A stretch of DNA of 64,000 bases from a virus. The translations under genes were made by a program, and so were the position numbers. This document shows positions 34,679-47,064 of this stretch, piece after piece. Each line of letters opens with the position of its first letter. Positions within the stretch are counted from its first letter, which is position 1. The DNA lies in the IMG/VR virus record IMGVR_UViG_3300045988_037736, positions 32,001 to 96,000 of that record; one strand, given 5' to 3'. Below the pieces are notes generated by a model. That model had not been told where the DNA came from. It was given only the letters and a program-made list of their open reading frames with translations, and did no database searches.

Positions 34679-34858
34679 ATGTTGATTTTCAATTTGAGTT
34701 CTGTTCTTTCAAGCAAACAACACTTGAAAGATTTGAGCAAGCCTAAATTAGCATTCGAGTTACTGTACTCATACCTAGAGTTGAAGTTACTGAGACTATC
34801 GTAGTACCTGTAGTCATTGAAACTACTGACTAAGAGGTTTATTTAGGCTAACAACTAG

Positions 34859-35284
34859 TTAGTTGCTCTTATTAAAAATGGTTCTCCCAAAGTTAATAGC
34901 CTTATAAAGTAGGATAAGGATAAAGCCAAATCCAAAGCACATAAGAAATGATTGATAGCCCTTTAACTTATTGACTTCCTTTATTTCAGTTGTCTTTACT
35001 TCAACAGGGACTTCTATACTATCAGTCTTAACTATAGTGTCTGTTCTGTTCAGATACTTATATATGTACTTGTATTTATACTGATACACAGTATCTCCTG
35101 AAATATATCTATCAATACTATCATGTATAAATATGCTATCTTTATAAAGCTAGTTGATATATTCAGTCTTTGTAGTCTCGATGTAAACAGGAACTTCAAC
35201 CTCTCTTGTAGTTGTGCAGGATATTAAGCTTGATGAAAGTATACTTGCTATTACTATTATCCAACAAATTATATATTTTTTCAT
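34859..35284 (-). CDS. lipoprotein-like protein ~141 aa with internal repeats, C-terminal TM and one in-frame TAG
   Basis: MKKYIICWIIVIASILSSSLISC signal/lipobox. EVPVY/EVPVE repeats. Joins ORF 34859-35089 through a TAG. Confidence 0.45.
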
Positions 35285-35357
35285 CGCACAAAGTTAAAAC
35301 AATAAATCTACTTACACAATAGAATAAGTAGATTTATTGTGATTAGAAAAATTATAT

Positions 35358-36311
35358 TTACGTACCACTCAGCTAATCTTCTAAGGCTGTAATTCTCTTG
35401 TCTAAAGTAGATATCATATCTATAATCTATATATAATAAGGGGACATCTAATAAAGTGAAACACCTATTGGTGTATTTCCGTGAGAAGACCTAGTTATAA
35501 TCAGCTCTGAATTCTGGTTTTGAGCATTAGGTAATGCTGGTATAATAAGATTAAAATATTGGCTATACCTAGTTGTATACTGAATGTTGTCCACTAGAAG
35601 TTTTAATTCGCCAGTTGTGCCATTATTATATGTAACGCTTACACCGTACCTCATATTACTATTTTGATTGGCATATTCCAGTCTAAGTACAAGAGGAAAA
35701 GAAGTATAAGTCTGGGGTGATGTAGGAATTCTAATCTCCGTTTTGTCTCCAAATGAATGACTGCTTAATTTAGTTAGTACCACCCCCTCAGGCATATCGT
35801 TCCGTATTTCTTGTATCTATGGCAGATAGGCAGGGATTTTGGCCTCCACCATGTACTTAGTCCCAGCTGTTCTAGAGAAAGAAATTACTAATGTAGAAGA
35901 AGTACTATCGTCAGTGGTATACTGTTGTCCCTCTTCCCAGGAACTGTTAGTGCTGTAGCCCCCTACAAATCCCGTTTCTAAAAATTCACTAGCTGTTACG
36001 TCCTATGTGGACTCTTCAAAGTGCCAGCCATCATTGTCATTGCCAACAGCTCTCTGTACGAATAATTTTCCAACGAAATTCTTATTTAAGAGCTGTAAAG
36101 AAATTTTGCTTGGTGTTACCCCGCCAACATCATTTTCAGGTCTAACCCTTATGTTAATGCTGCCTTTTATTGGAAACGCCCCTCCGGCCGATGCTAGTAG
36201 TTCAATAACATCAGTTGGTAGTATCGTAATACTATTCTCATCTTCTATAAGAACGTCCTCTCCATCTAGAGATTGAGCCTGTGGATTAAGTTTCATTCCC
36301 TCAACTAGCAT
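35358..36311 (-). CDS. hypothetical protein ~317 aa with ~5 in-frame TAG (ORFs 36003-36311 + 35448-35795 joined)
   Basis: Both ORFs share a frame. Each ends in CTA (=TAG). Hand translation of the linkers shows no TAA/TGA before 35358. Confidence 0.4.
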
Positions 36312-36412
36312 AGTTGAAGTAATGTCATAGAATGTACTCTGTGAATTAAGGTACAGGAGCTAGTTCTATACTTCATCAAAAAACTTTTCACCTAAATATT
36401 TGAGATTCATAT

Positions 36413-37516
36413 TCAAAATTCATTTATCTTTTTAACTATTTCAGTTGCTTCAATCTCCTGCAAGTTAGTATAATGGCCGTCTCCCTCACCTTCAGTAAGT
36501 GTAATGGTTACTTGTTTAATAGGATACTTTACTATAAGCATCCTACCACCTACCCCAAAAGTTGGCTTATAACATTTAATACAAAGGTAATAAATGTTTA
36601 TTGCATCCTCACCAACATCAATATATTTACCTGTAAGAATAGACCAGTCATAGCCATCCTTATGAAGAGAACATAAGAATCTGAAACCAGTATAAGGACT
36701 TCCTACCTAAGTTTTAGATGGGACAATAGTACATAGCACAGTCCTATTATCCCTCTATTCTAGTATCTCTATAAATTTGAAATAATTTTTATTAGAAGGC
36801 TATAAAGTTTCCTGTTTGAAAGTTGTTTCTCCTTGACTTACTAAATCTAGTTCTATTATTCCTGCATCATAAGGAACCCTACTGTCAAGAGTATCTATTC
36901 TCTCATGAAGTCCACTTAAGTCATAGTCAATGAAGTTCTAATTACCCCTGAGAATCTAGTCATAAACAATCTTCCTATACTTAGGTACACCATTATTCTG
37001 TAGAACTGTAAATATTATTGGTCTATGGTCATAACCATCAGCATAGTCATACTCTTCTTCCAGAAGCTATTCAAAAGTTCTATAATCATTTTCTGATACA
37101 GTTATTTCTAATTCAAGTGCATTAGAAGAAGGTCTACTTGTATAGAAATTAATAATTCTAGAATTTACATTAGACTGTGCACTAGTAGAATTATTAACCA
37201 GTGTTTCTACCTAACTAGGCAAAGAATTCAAGGTCTAGTTGACTCTCTATACAGCACTGTTAGCATTAGCTCCAGCAATCATACATTGCTAAGATGCACT
37301 AAGTGCAGACTGAGCAGCTGCATTAGCTTCATCTGAGGCTTCTTTAAGAGCACTGGAAGGAATGGTTACTAGCTCCTTAGAGTCTTTCTTATATGCAGGA
37401 AAACTATTCACATCATCTAAGCTGTTGGCCTCTGGAAGGTCTTCAACACTTACTGAAGACTTAGAGAGAAAAGCTAGCAACTCATTAAATAGTTCATCCT
37501 TTTCCTATTTAGTCAT
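36413..37516 (-). CDS. hypothetical protein ~367 aa with ~10 in-frame TAG
   Basis: Manual translation from the ATG at 37516 (MTK-TAG-EKDELFNELLAFLSKSS...) is protein-like down to the TGA at 36413. It contains tracked ORF 37289-37480. Confidence 0.4.
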
Positions 37517-37523
37517 ATCTACA

Positions 37524-38318
37524 TTATTTATTAATTAAACTTTCTGGCTTGAGATGAAGGGTCCTAGCCTCATTCATTCTCATATTTAACCCCTTTATCC
37601 TTACATCAGCATTTAAATTAAACCTTATTCCTTTATACCTATCAAGTAAAAAAGTAGTTTTATATATGTGCCATTTATTATCAGGTTCTATTCTCAAAGT
37701 ATCTTTTATTTCAATAGACTCACCATCCTAATCTACGGTAGCTATTTCTATATTACCAAATGAAGTTCCTTTAAATTTGAATGTTAAAGTAACATAGAAT
37801 GGGAATTTATAATCAGGGTCTATTGCTTCTAGATTTAAAAATGGGAAGGGCTAAGTAAGAGTACAAGGGATAGTGGAACCATTTACAGCTAATACAGGAA
37901 CTCCGTCTTCTCTGATTACAGCAGCTTTAGCTCTCTATTTGGATAAGAACCCTCTTCCTACCTTAATAAACTTAGGTCCTACTGTAAAAGGTTGGAGAAT
38001 TTCAGATAACCAATATTTAGTGCTGTCAATAAAAAATGAATTAGTGAGAATATTATCAGCTTCAATTACTGTAAAAGCATTCTCTATTTTCCATTGATTA
38101 CTTATAACTATTTCAAGTAATGCCCTTAGTACCTCATCTACATTATCTTTATTATCAAAAAAGATAGACTCAAATTTTATATCTGAAGCTTTAATATTGG
38201 TATGAAATGGTTCCCAACCTCCATTATTCCAGTATAGTAGATTACCCTTCCAATACCATAAGACTTCATGGTCCTATGGTTCTTTTGGAGTTTGTACTAT
38301 TGCTCTAAACTTTCTCAT
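37524..38318 (-). CDS. hypothetical protein ~264 aa with 4 in-frame TAG
   Basis: Start MRKFRAIVQTPKEP overlaps the preceding TGA (ATGA). Manual translation runs to the TAA at 37524. Confidence 0.45.
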
Positions 38319-39274
38319 TGCATTGCCTCAATAGTGATTAATACTTTGCTTGGGTCAGTTTGGATGTTAGCTATTATCTTAAGATAATTCCAACTATCTT
38401 CATTACCAGCTACAATGCTAGGACTATTAAATGTCTTTTGAATAGGACCCATTGAAACCTGAGGGCAATTAACTTCAAAATCTCCATTTGAAGTGTGAAC
38501 AGTCAGAACTACATTCGAAGCTTTTTTGAACTGAGCCACCCCTACAGAGTCAGTTATCTCTTTATTTATTATAGTTGTAGAAGTTATTTCAGCTAAGTTA
38601 ATAACCCCTAAATCATAAAATAATTCAGAATGGTCAAAGTGGTCAGCATCCCTTCTACAAGCTCCATCCGCAGTTAATATGTAATGCACTCTGTTACCTG
38701 ATGCTGTAGTGATGGTAGCTTCTCCACCTGCATTAGGATGCCAAGAACCTACTCCAATGCCATAGTCAGCATGAACAAGGAACTATGTTCCTGCCACCCT
38801 AGACAGCTGTTCTCTATTATATGCTTCAATCTCAGGAGAGTCACCTAGTTCAAGGTCAACATAGGTAGGAAGTAGAGTAAGGTCAATAACTCTAGTCTAC
38901 TTTACAAGCCAATTCTCATTGTAGTCTACATTGAAAATAATAGCCTTGCCATCGGCAATTGCTGTTACTTGACCATTATAAAACGTTGCTAAAATTTTGA
39001 GTGGCGCGTCGCGGTCTCTATTTACAAGTATAACAGGTACATAGTCATGTAGGGGACTCAGTTCTCTCTCTTCAAACTTTAACTTAGCCTCTGGATTGTC
39101 TTCTCCTATCGTTAATATTATATCAGTTATCTCCTCCTAGCCATCTTGTATCACCGAACTTACTATATCAGTCCATTTGCCATTGTTATGGTATTGAAGT
39201 TTGTCATTATGGAGCCACAGACTATTGGTAGGAGGGGCTGAATTTGAATGTATTATATTATCAAATTTTCTCAT
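38315..39274 (-). CDS. hypothetical protein ~319 aa with 3 in-frame TAG (C-terminal part = ORF 38315-38689)
   Basis: Start MRKFDNIIHSN overlaps the portal TAA (TAATG). Frame is continuous if TAG is sense. Confidence 0.5.
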
Positions 39275-41673
39275 TACTTACTAGTATTTGGTTTCTTATT
39301 AATCTATTTTCTTTTGAGTTCAGCATCAGTTTGAGCTTTCTTCTTATCAAAGGCTAACCTTTCTCTGTCAAGTTTGAGCCTCTCATCAAACTCTCTCATC
39401 TTTTCAAACAGATTAGCTCTTGCCTCTTCAGAAAACTCCTGCTCTTGGATGCCATCTTCCTGACTTTGAGAACCTATACCTGCTATAAGTATCTTAGTCT
39501 CATTATCTCTCTGATTCATTGTATCTTTGAGCTGCATTTCAGCTTCCCTTATCTGAGCTTCCATCTGAGCCTATTGTTGCTGAGCCTGTAATTGCTGCTG
39601 TTGAGCTTCCTGCTGTCTTTGCATAAGCTCCTGTTCATTCTTCTCAACCATTCTCTGTTTTTCAGCAAGAGAAGAGCTATTATAGAGCTTCATGATAGTG
39701 GAGAAGGTAAGAGTCTGATTCTGCAAAGCTGCCTGAGCAAGCATATCCATCTTCTGCTGTAACTCCTGTAGTCCATTACTATTATCTACAACAAGGCCAT
39801 AATCATTTTCAGAGAACTCATCTCCATCTATGTCCATAACCTTACTTGAATTATCAGAAAGAATATACTGGAACTTCTTACTTCTGCCTCTTAAAGCTAT
39901 CTTAGCTGTTTCAAGGAATGCCTCAAGAACCCTCTTCTTTACATCATCATGTATGATAAAGAGCCATTCAGTTATATGAGAAGATTGTAAGGTAGCTCTT
40001 TCGACACCACCAACAGTCTCTCTATTACTTATCTGACCTTCTCTTTGCCTAGAAATACCAGCCACATCAGACATTTCCATCTTGATAAACTCAAGAAGAT
40101 TGGTATATTGCTGTATAGTATTACCAAGTTCAGCATTGACAACTCCAGAACTTGCATTGTTAAGAGCACCTGCAAGCTTACCTGTAGCAGCACCAATATT
40201 GCCTTCCTTAAAACTATCTGTAACTACAATACCATTAGTCTTAGCAAAGTACATCCATTTCTCTATCTCCCATCCTTTAGGAACCTTAGCAAGGTCAAGG
40301 TTAATAAGCATACCCCAGTTTCTTGAGATTAGCTTGTTGAGCCTATCATGAATTGTATCATAGAGATAGTTATAGGGCTTCATCATATCAACAAGAGAGA
40401 AAGGCTTGTTGTCATTAAGGTTATAGATAGAACCTATAATACCAAAATGGCACCTTGAAGGATTGGATAGTCTGTTATACTGAACTACTCTAGGTCTCAT
40501 GTTGACATAGATGTCATTACCTATCTTTGTCCCTTCCCAGGCTTCATTGATATATAATATCTTTTCCTCCTCACCTTTGTCCTTATCTATAACGTAAGTT
40601 TCTGGGTAGAGATTAAATACCTCTTCACCTGTCTGAGGGTCGTAAGACTTAACTTTCTTAATTCTCCTTCTTGATTTCCAGTAAACTCTAAGTACCCTTA
40701 TATTTCCTGCAACATCAAAAGGAAGAAGTGAAGTGCCTACACCATCTGTCATTCCTATGGGGTCCCAGAAGAAACCTTCCTGAGAAGTAAATTCTTCCCC
40801 TATCATGTGCCCATTTACAAACCCCATTCTATCATCTATGTTATCCATAGAGTCAGTTACTTGGTCTGTGTTATTGGGCATCTTTTCTATGTACTCCATG
40901 TCCTTTTTGGTAAGGACATCATAATAAGTGTCTATGATTTTACCAGGACTCCAATAGTCCTCAAGTACAATCATATCAGCATCCTCAATCCTGTTACTAT
41001 ATCCTGACTTGAATACTCTGACTTTAAGAGGATTTAGTCTTTCTATGATAGGTTCACCACCTACAATATCACATTGGTAAATCTCTTCACCTACTGCCAT
41101 TGCATCAGTGAAACCTTGATTAAAGAGGAAGGGGAAGTTGAGTTCCTTGGAATAGTGGTTAAGGAGAGCATTAGCTCTCACTTCTCTCATATCTTGCCAC
41201 TCAAATGTAAAGAAGTCATTGAGCTTCTCTAGCTCTGCATTGAACTCTTCCTCTGACTGAGTCTCTTCAGATAACAGTTGCTGTACTCTTGCAAGTAGTT
41301 CCTGCTTCTTGTTGTTCTCTATTTCAGAGATAGCATTTGGATTAGTTACAACTACCCTATAGTCAAATACTCTCTTGGACTCTTCTCCCCTAAGAACATT
41401 TAATTTACTATTCATTATAGGGTAATGCTGAATCCTTTCAGGTATGTAACCTGCCTTTATATTATCAGGGTTCAATACCATTGCAAGGTCACTCATGTGA
41501 AGCCTACCATTAAGTAAATCATAGTTGATTTTCTTATGTATCACACTCTTCCTTACCAAAGAATAGTTGAAAAATGTCTTAGAGTCAGCCCAGTCAAGGT
41601 GCTTCTTTCTCCAAGCCTTATTCTTTCTGGAGAATGGCAGTTGTTGTGGGGGTAAATTTGTGAAATCACTCAT
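39274..41673 (-). CDS. portal protein candidate (~799 aa; ORFs 39571-41673 + 39304-39564 + tail joined through 2 TAG)
   Basis: 700-aa ORF immediately downstream of the terminase. First TAG sits inside a poly-Gln run (QQQQLQAQQQ-TAG-AQMEAQ). True TAA at 39274-39276. Confidence 0.5.
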
Positions 41674-41773
41674 ATATTCTTCAACTTAAATGTGCTGCAA
41701 AGGTAAGCAAAACCTTTAACTTGTGCAAGCCCATAAGTAAAATATTAAGTCTTAGTACTCTTTTTTGCTAAAT

Positions 41774-44700
41774 TTACTGTATATACCCTTGGGAGTAATT
41801 CCTTTGGAAGAAAGAATCATTGCCTAAGTATGAACTACTGACTTCCTCCTGTGCCTTAGCATTAAGATTATCTCTATACAGTATAATCTTCTCTTGTCTA
41901 TACAGCATAACCATACCTAATGCCCTGATTCTATCCACATTAAGTTCAGGAGTGTAGGAAATTAACTCTTCAAGTAATGCTCTATTTCTTAGAGAATAGA
42001 GCCTTGGAATATTGACCTCTTTCTCTTCTCCATCCTCCTTTATTATAGTTGGAACTGGCTGAAGTAGCCAATCCCTTATCAGGTTATTAGCATAATTGTT
42101 GATAGTAGCATTCGCATTGATACCTTTTGCATTTGAGCCAAAGGCAGAATACTTAATCATCTGTTTGTCTCTTAAATATTCAGGAGTATCTGCCAGTAGG
42201 TGTGTGCATTCCATTCTGCTAAAGTAACCATACAGGCCCTTCTTATTGGATTCATACATGCACTTGGCATTATAGAATAGACACAGCATTCTTACTATCT
42301 CAAAGTTATCATCTGCAAATGCCTGCCTACCAGTGTATTCTGCTACAATTCTGTCAGTAAACAGGTCAAGTACAAAGGTTGAAGAAAGAGAAGAAGACTC
42401 TGCCTAATCATTATCCACAGGGTCATGGCCTATAATATATCTCATATTGAAATCATCCCCATTTGCTTGTTTCTCAGGCATTTCAAATATCTCAATAGCA
42501 CCTACTGTTGAATTGTCAACTCCATACTTTCTGATAGGCACATCATTACCTATTCTAAACTCTACCTTATTACCACTTGCTAGGGCAAGATTACCTATGT
42601 AAACATCATCAAAAGCATGAGGGTCTGAGTCAAGTTGAGCCAATCTCTCAGTAAGAGCTACTGTAGGAAAGTAGGCAGCCTTCACTTTAATGATAGCTTC
42701 AGCTGGTGTAATTGGGTCCTCGGCAATAACTCTTAATACTGACTTAGGGTCAGCAGAATATTTAGCTTTGTGTCTTGCCAACAGAATTTCTATGAGAGCC
42801 TTTGTTACATCAGAAACACCATCCTTGTTGTAACATCCTGCCCTATTTACATAAGAAGGAAAGAAAAATCCAAAGGTAGGCTTTCCTTGCTTAGGTCTGT
42901 CATAGACATTCTCAATAGCCAGAATATTGTAACCATCTGGATTGTAAAGAAGAGTTTTTGCCGAACTGAAGTCTGACTCATCCTCAGCAGCAGTATTATG
43001 AGTTACTATATTGTTAGCCAAGTAGGTATGACTTAATCCAGCAGTTAAATTATATACTTCTTGTTCACCTATCTCTTCTACAGAAGTAACTTTGTGAACT
43101 ATTATATCCTCTGGATATTTTTGAGCCTTCATACTCGGATTGCTATTATAATAGTCCATTATCCTTTTAAGGCAATCTCTCTTGTGCGGAACAAGAAGTT
43201 GAAGCACACCACACACTCTTGTACAATTATGTCTCCCTGATATAGATAGAGTAAACCAAGAATTTCTATCTTTCCTATCAGAACATAGTTTTGGCTTAGT
43301 CTCCACAATAGTGCCAACTACTCCAAATTTTCTCCACAGTACTTTAACTTGCTCTAATATTTTCCTATTGCTTTGAGTTAAAGATATATATCCGTCTCTA
43401 TTAAAGCTTATACTACCATCAGTATCATATAATCCAGATAGCAATAGTGAGGTATCATCTCTTGTAAGAGTCTAATAGTTGATAGGAAGCCTTTTATTGG
43501 ATTTTACTTGCCCCTAAATACCTAATTCTCTTAATTTATTACAAATACCTTTAATTCTTATATCCTCGTATATTTTTCCTTTCTTGGTAATATGAGTAGC
43601 AGATAATGACCATTCATATCTATGCTTTACATAGTCTAAAAGCTCTTTATCCTCAGAACTATACTTGGGGGATTGCCTTAATCCATAAGAACCATCTCCA
43701 ATAAGCATACCTACTAATCTAGGGTCAAACATGGTATCTGTCCCAAATATTGGAACTTCCCTACTCTCTATAATTCTATCTCCTACACTTAAAGCTCCAG
43801 CATTTTTGAATACTTCTTCATAATACCTTATAGACCCATTATGATTCATTCTTTGTTTCTGAGTAAGAATTGGATGGTCTGTAGAGCATCTAAGTTCATT
43901 TCCATTACTCAGTTTAATAAGTACACATGGTTTTTTAGCAATACTTATAGAACTCATTATAGGTTCTTTGGTAATCCCTCTTGTGAGGTGAATATTAGGT
44001 TCAGTACCTGACTCAAAGGAGTCTGTAAATCCTATGATACCATCCTCTCTCTTTAAATCCTCTATATTGATATTCCTGCCATCTAATGTCCATACCTTAG
44101 TACCAGCACATACACAACCTACAAGGTACATTGTAGCAAATGTATAGTCACCATCTTCTACAGACTTTCTTGTGATGTCATACAGGGATAGAAGTCCCTT
44201 AAATGAACCCATCTCCTCGAATAGAATCCAACCTCTCTTACCTCTTAACTTCTCTGAGTCATCCTTTGCAGAAACAGCAAGCACCTGATTCAATGACCCA
44301 CTTTCAATACCAAACTCATCCTTGTAGCCCATCTGCCATGCCATCTCATTAGGAGAGTTCTTTAACATGAGCCTAGGGAATGGAGTATTTTTGAAGGAGA
44401 AGTTAATTCCAGGTTTGAACTTAGAGAGTGTGCCATCCTTACTGTCACTAAGATACTCTTTCTGATAAGCAGTAAGTACAGTAATAACCCTCCTCTTTAC
44501 TTCAGTAGATTCACCAAGTATAAGGTTGTGAGACATTATACTTGCAAGACTATATGACTTTGCACAATTATGAGTAGTTATAAAGTCCCCTACTAAATAA
44601 CAGGAGTCTTTAGAGTCTACAGTAACACATTTACAAGGAGATACCCCAGCATACTCAATATTGACTATGGCAGTTTTGTTCTTTCTTGATAAAGCATTGG

Positions 44701-46180
44701 TGCTACTATAATGTACACCACTCTTCTTCCTTGGCAAATTAAACAGTTCTTCTCCACCATATACTGCTATTTCATAGCAATCAGAGCATTGTATGTAACC
44801 ATTAAAAGCTTTATACCTTGCTCTGCTCTTAGATATCTTGGTGTTATATCCAAGACTTCTAGCTATAAAATCCACATCTTCGATTAGTCTTTTTGAAATA
44901 GAATTTAGTGTAGGTACTCCTCCATGTATAGAGCCATCTGTATCAAATAGCCCTTTTAGGACTTTTAATCTTACATCCCTTGAGTTGTACTTGTATTCTT
45001 CAGGAATAAACTTATCTATAGATTTTGCATTATTCAGTCCATAAGACTGCAGGATACTATTCCAATTAGGAATATGTACTCTATAAGAATATTTACCTGC
45101 CCACTTAGTATATTTGTAGGGAATATAGTTCTTTTCTATATCAAAGTCCTTATCTATTTGGGTAAAATAGCAAGAACCATGCCTAAAGCACCCATCCCCT
45201 AATAGAAGTCCAAATGTATAAGGTTCTACCAGAGTATCTTTATATGGCAAGTTTATTCCTTCATTCCCAGGAATGAAACAGTTATATTCAATACCAGAAG
45301 GAATCCTATAAGAGGGAGTTCTATTAGTCTTGTAATTAGACAATAGCCAAGCTGTATTGACTGTCATATTCTTCCCCTTCCTCTCTATATTCCATAAGTG
45401 GTCATCAGTAGCAAACACCGTTCTGCCATCCCTAAGAGTTATCTTGTAGTAAGGAGAGACTTGGTCGTAAGGTATATCTATAACAGTACAGACAGAATTA
45501 TCTGTAGCATATAATTTATCTCCTATCTTAATATCCTTCCACAGCTTCCATCCTTCTGGGGTAAACACCTTCTGGAAATAGGGGTGAGCACCCCTCTTTG
45601 CAAGTTCTATGGCATGTTTACCAGCCTCTCTTGCTTGATGAAGATAGTGAAATCTCCAATAGATTCCTTCAAAGAAGAAGGGGAAAGACTCAACTCTGAC
45701 AGCTTTCCTTGTGCCAGAAATTACCTTATTTACCATCATGGGACAGTAATTAAGAAACCAATAAAGGAATCCTGTGACCCATTCTCCATCACTCTCCCTT
45801 ACATAACCCTCTCTACATCTCCTCATCTCCTCATCCCAGTGCTTTCTGTATTCACTGTTAGGATTAGAATTTGGTCTTAGAAAAGTATAGCAGCCATGCT
45901 TCATAAAGTGTAAGGCTGGTTGTCTGAAATAATCCATATCCTCAAGTATATGAGGATTGGCAAGGTCTACTATAATCCTTCCTTGCTCATCTCTTGGTCT
46001 ATCCTTAGCATATACCCTATTAGGAGAGATAAGTCTTTTTATAAGTTCTACACTATTTATAGTGTCCAATAACTCCTCCTTGACCTCCTCAGGTAAAGAC
46101 CCAAGGAGTTCATCAGTCAAGGGGGTCTGGTACTCATTCATTTCAATAGCCGAGGTATTCTCCATAGATAATATCTTCAA
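41774..46180 (-). CDS. terL: terminase large subunit interrupted by two inteins, each carrying a LAGLIDADG homing endonuclease. 3 in-frame TAG (two inside intein 2, one in the C-terminal extein).
   Basis: Three same-frame ORFs (43514-46180, 42404-43444, 41774-42289) are separated only by CTA (=TAG). Intein 1 runs ...AHPYFQKVFTPEGW...ATDDHLW...LLLGDGCF...LKGLFDTDGSI...VGDFITTHN|C. Intein 2 runs CVCAGTKVWTLDG...STDHPILT...LVGMLIGDGSY...LSGLYDTDGSI...NNIVTHN|T. C-terminal nuclease motif YIIGHDPVDND. Walker-B-like ILFEEMG. Confidence 0.65.
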
Positions 46181-46556
46181 GTATTGTTCTGTCTTTGTTG
46201 TTAAATGACTTGCCGTCTATAATAAGACTGAATAGTCCTGTAACAAATTCAGACTCTATATCCTTAATAAAACTTTCCTGTACATTAGGAGGAATGTTAC
46301 TTATATTGACCTGCTTGGTCAAAGTGAGAAGTCTATGCTTCGAGTTATTACCAACTACCCATAGTATATATTCATATCTCCTATATGACTTAAAGGTAGG
46401 ATGAGGTTCTATAACTCTCTGTAGAACAAGATGTTCTTGATTACTTGGAATAACCTGAAGGTCTCTCCTCTTATTGAATATATGCACATTAAGTGACTCA
46501 ATTACATCTTCAAGTGTCATATTACAAATCTTCATACATTGCTTTTTCCTGAGCAC
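46143..46556 (-). CDS. hypothetical protein 137 aa (possible small terminase by position)
   Basis: ORF directly upstream of terL. Function is positional guess only. Confidence 0.35.
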   Translation of the reverse strand: MLRKKQCMKICNMTLEDVIESLNVHIFNKRRDLQVIPSNQEHLVLQRVIEPHPTFKSYRRYEYILWVVGNNSKHRLLTLTKQVNISNIPPNVQESFIKDIESEFVTGLFSLIIDGKSFNNKDRTILEDIIYGEYLGY

Positions 46557-47064
46557 CTCTTACCTTATTGCTCTGAGCAATTTCCTTGGCAATAGCTGCT
46601 TCAGCTTCATTCAAATCTTTCACAAGAGTAGGAATCTGCTTGATAGTTGCAGTGATAGTATTGAGAGTATAGATAGGTTTACCCTTATCATCAAGGGCAC
46701 CAAGGTCTATTTCCCTCAATAGAGTCCTCAGCTTATCAACTGCCACTCTGGTATCTTCAAGAAGTAATGCAGATGCTGGCTTGAAAGTCTTATAGAACTC
46801 CATTGCCTCAAGTACAAGGTTATCAGGCTCCCAGTCATTAGGTAAGCCTTCACCTTCCTTAATAGAAGCCTTCCTACTTTCCTCATCTATAATGTACTGA
46901 TAGTCACTTCTTGGGTCAGCCATAAAATATATGTAGGAAATCTCGGCTATTGCTCTATTTTTGTTTGCAGACCTGTCCCTGTTCCATATCTTCTTAAAAG
47001 GAGTTAATGCTAAAGCTTCAGGAGATATGATTACCTTATAACCTTCAAATTTAAGTAGTTTCAT
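46522..47064 (-). CDS. hypothetical protein ~180 aa (internal start MKLLKFEG preferred over the tracked start at 47160)
   Basis: The tracked N-terminus overlaps the GIY-YIG gene by 110 nt. The internal ATG removes the overlap. Confidence 0.5.
   Translation of the reverse strand: MKLLKFEGYKVIISPEALALTPFKKIWNRDRSANKNRAIAEISYIYFMADPRSDYQYIIDEESRKASIKEGEGLPNDWEPDNLVLEAMEFYKTFKPASALLLEDTRVAVDKLRTLLREIDLGALDDKGKPIYTLNTITATIKQIPTLVKDLNEAEAAIAKEIAQSNKVRGAQEKAMYEDL

Noticed and set aside
20661-38318. TGA (opal) reassignment
   Set aside because: Every minus-strand ORF ending in TGA is followed by an out-of-frame or separately initiated gene. No same-frame continuation across TGA was seen.
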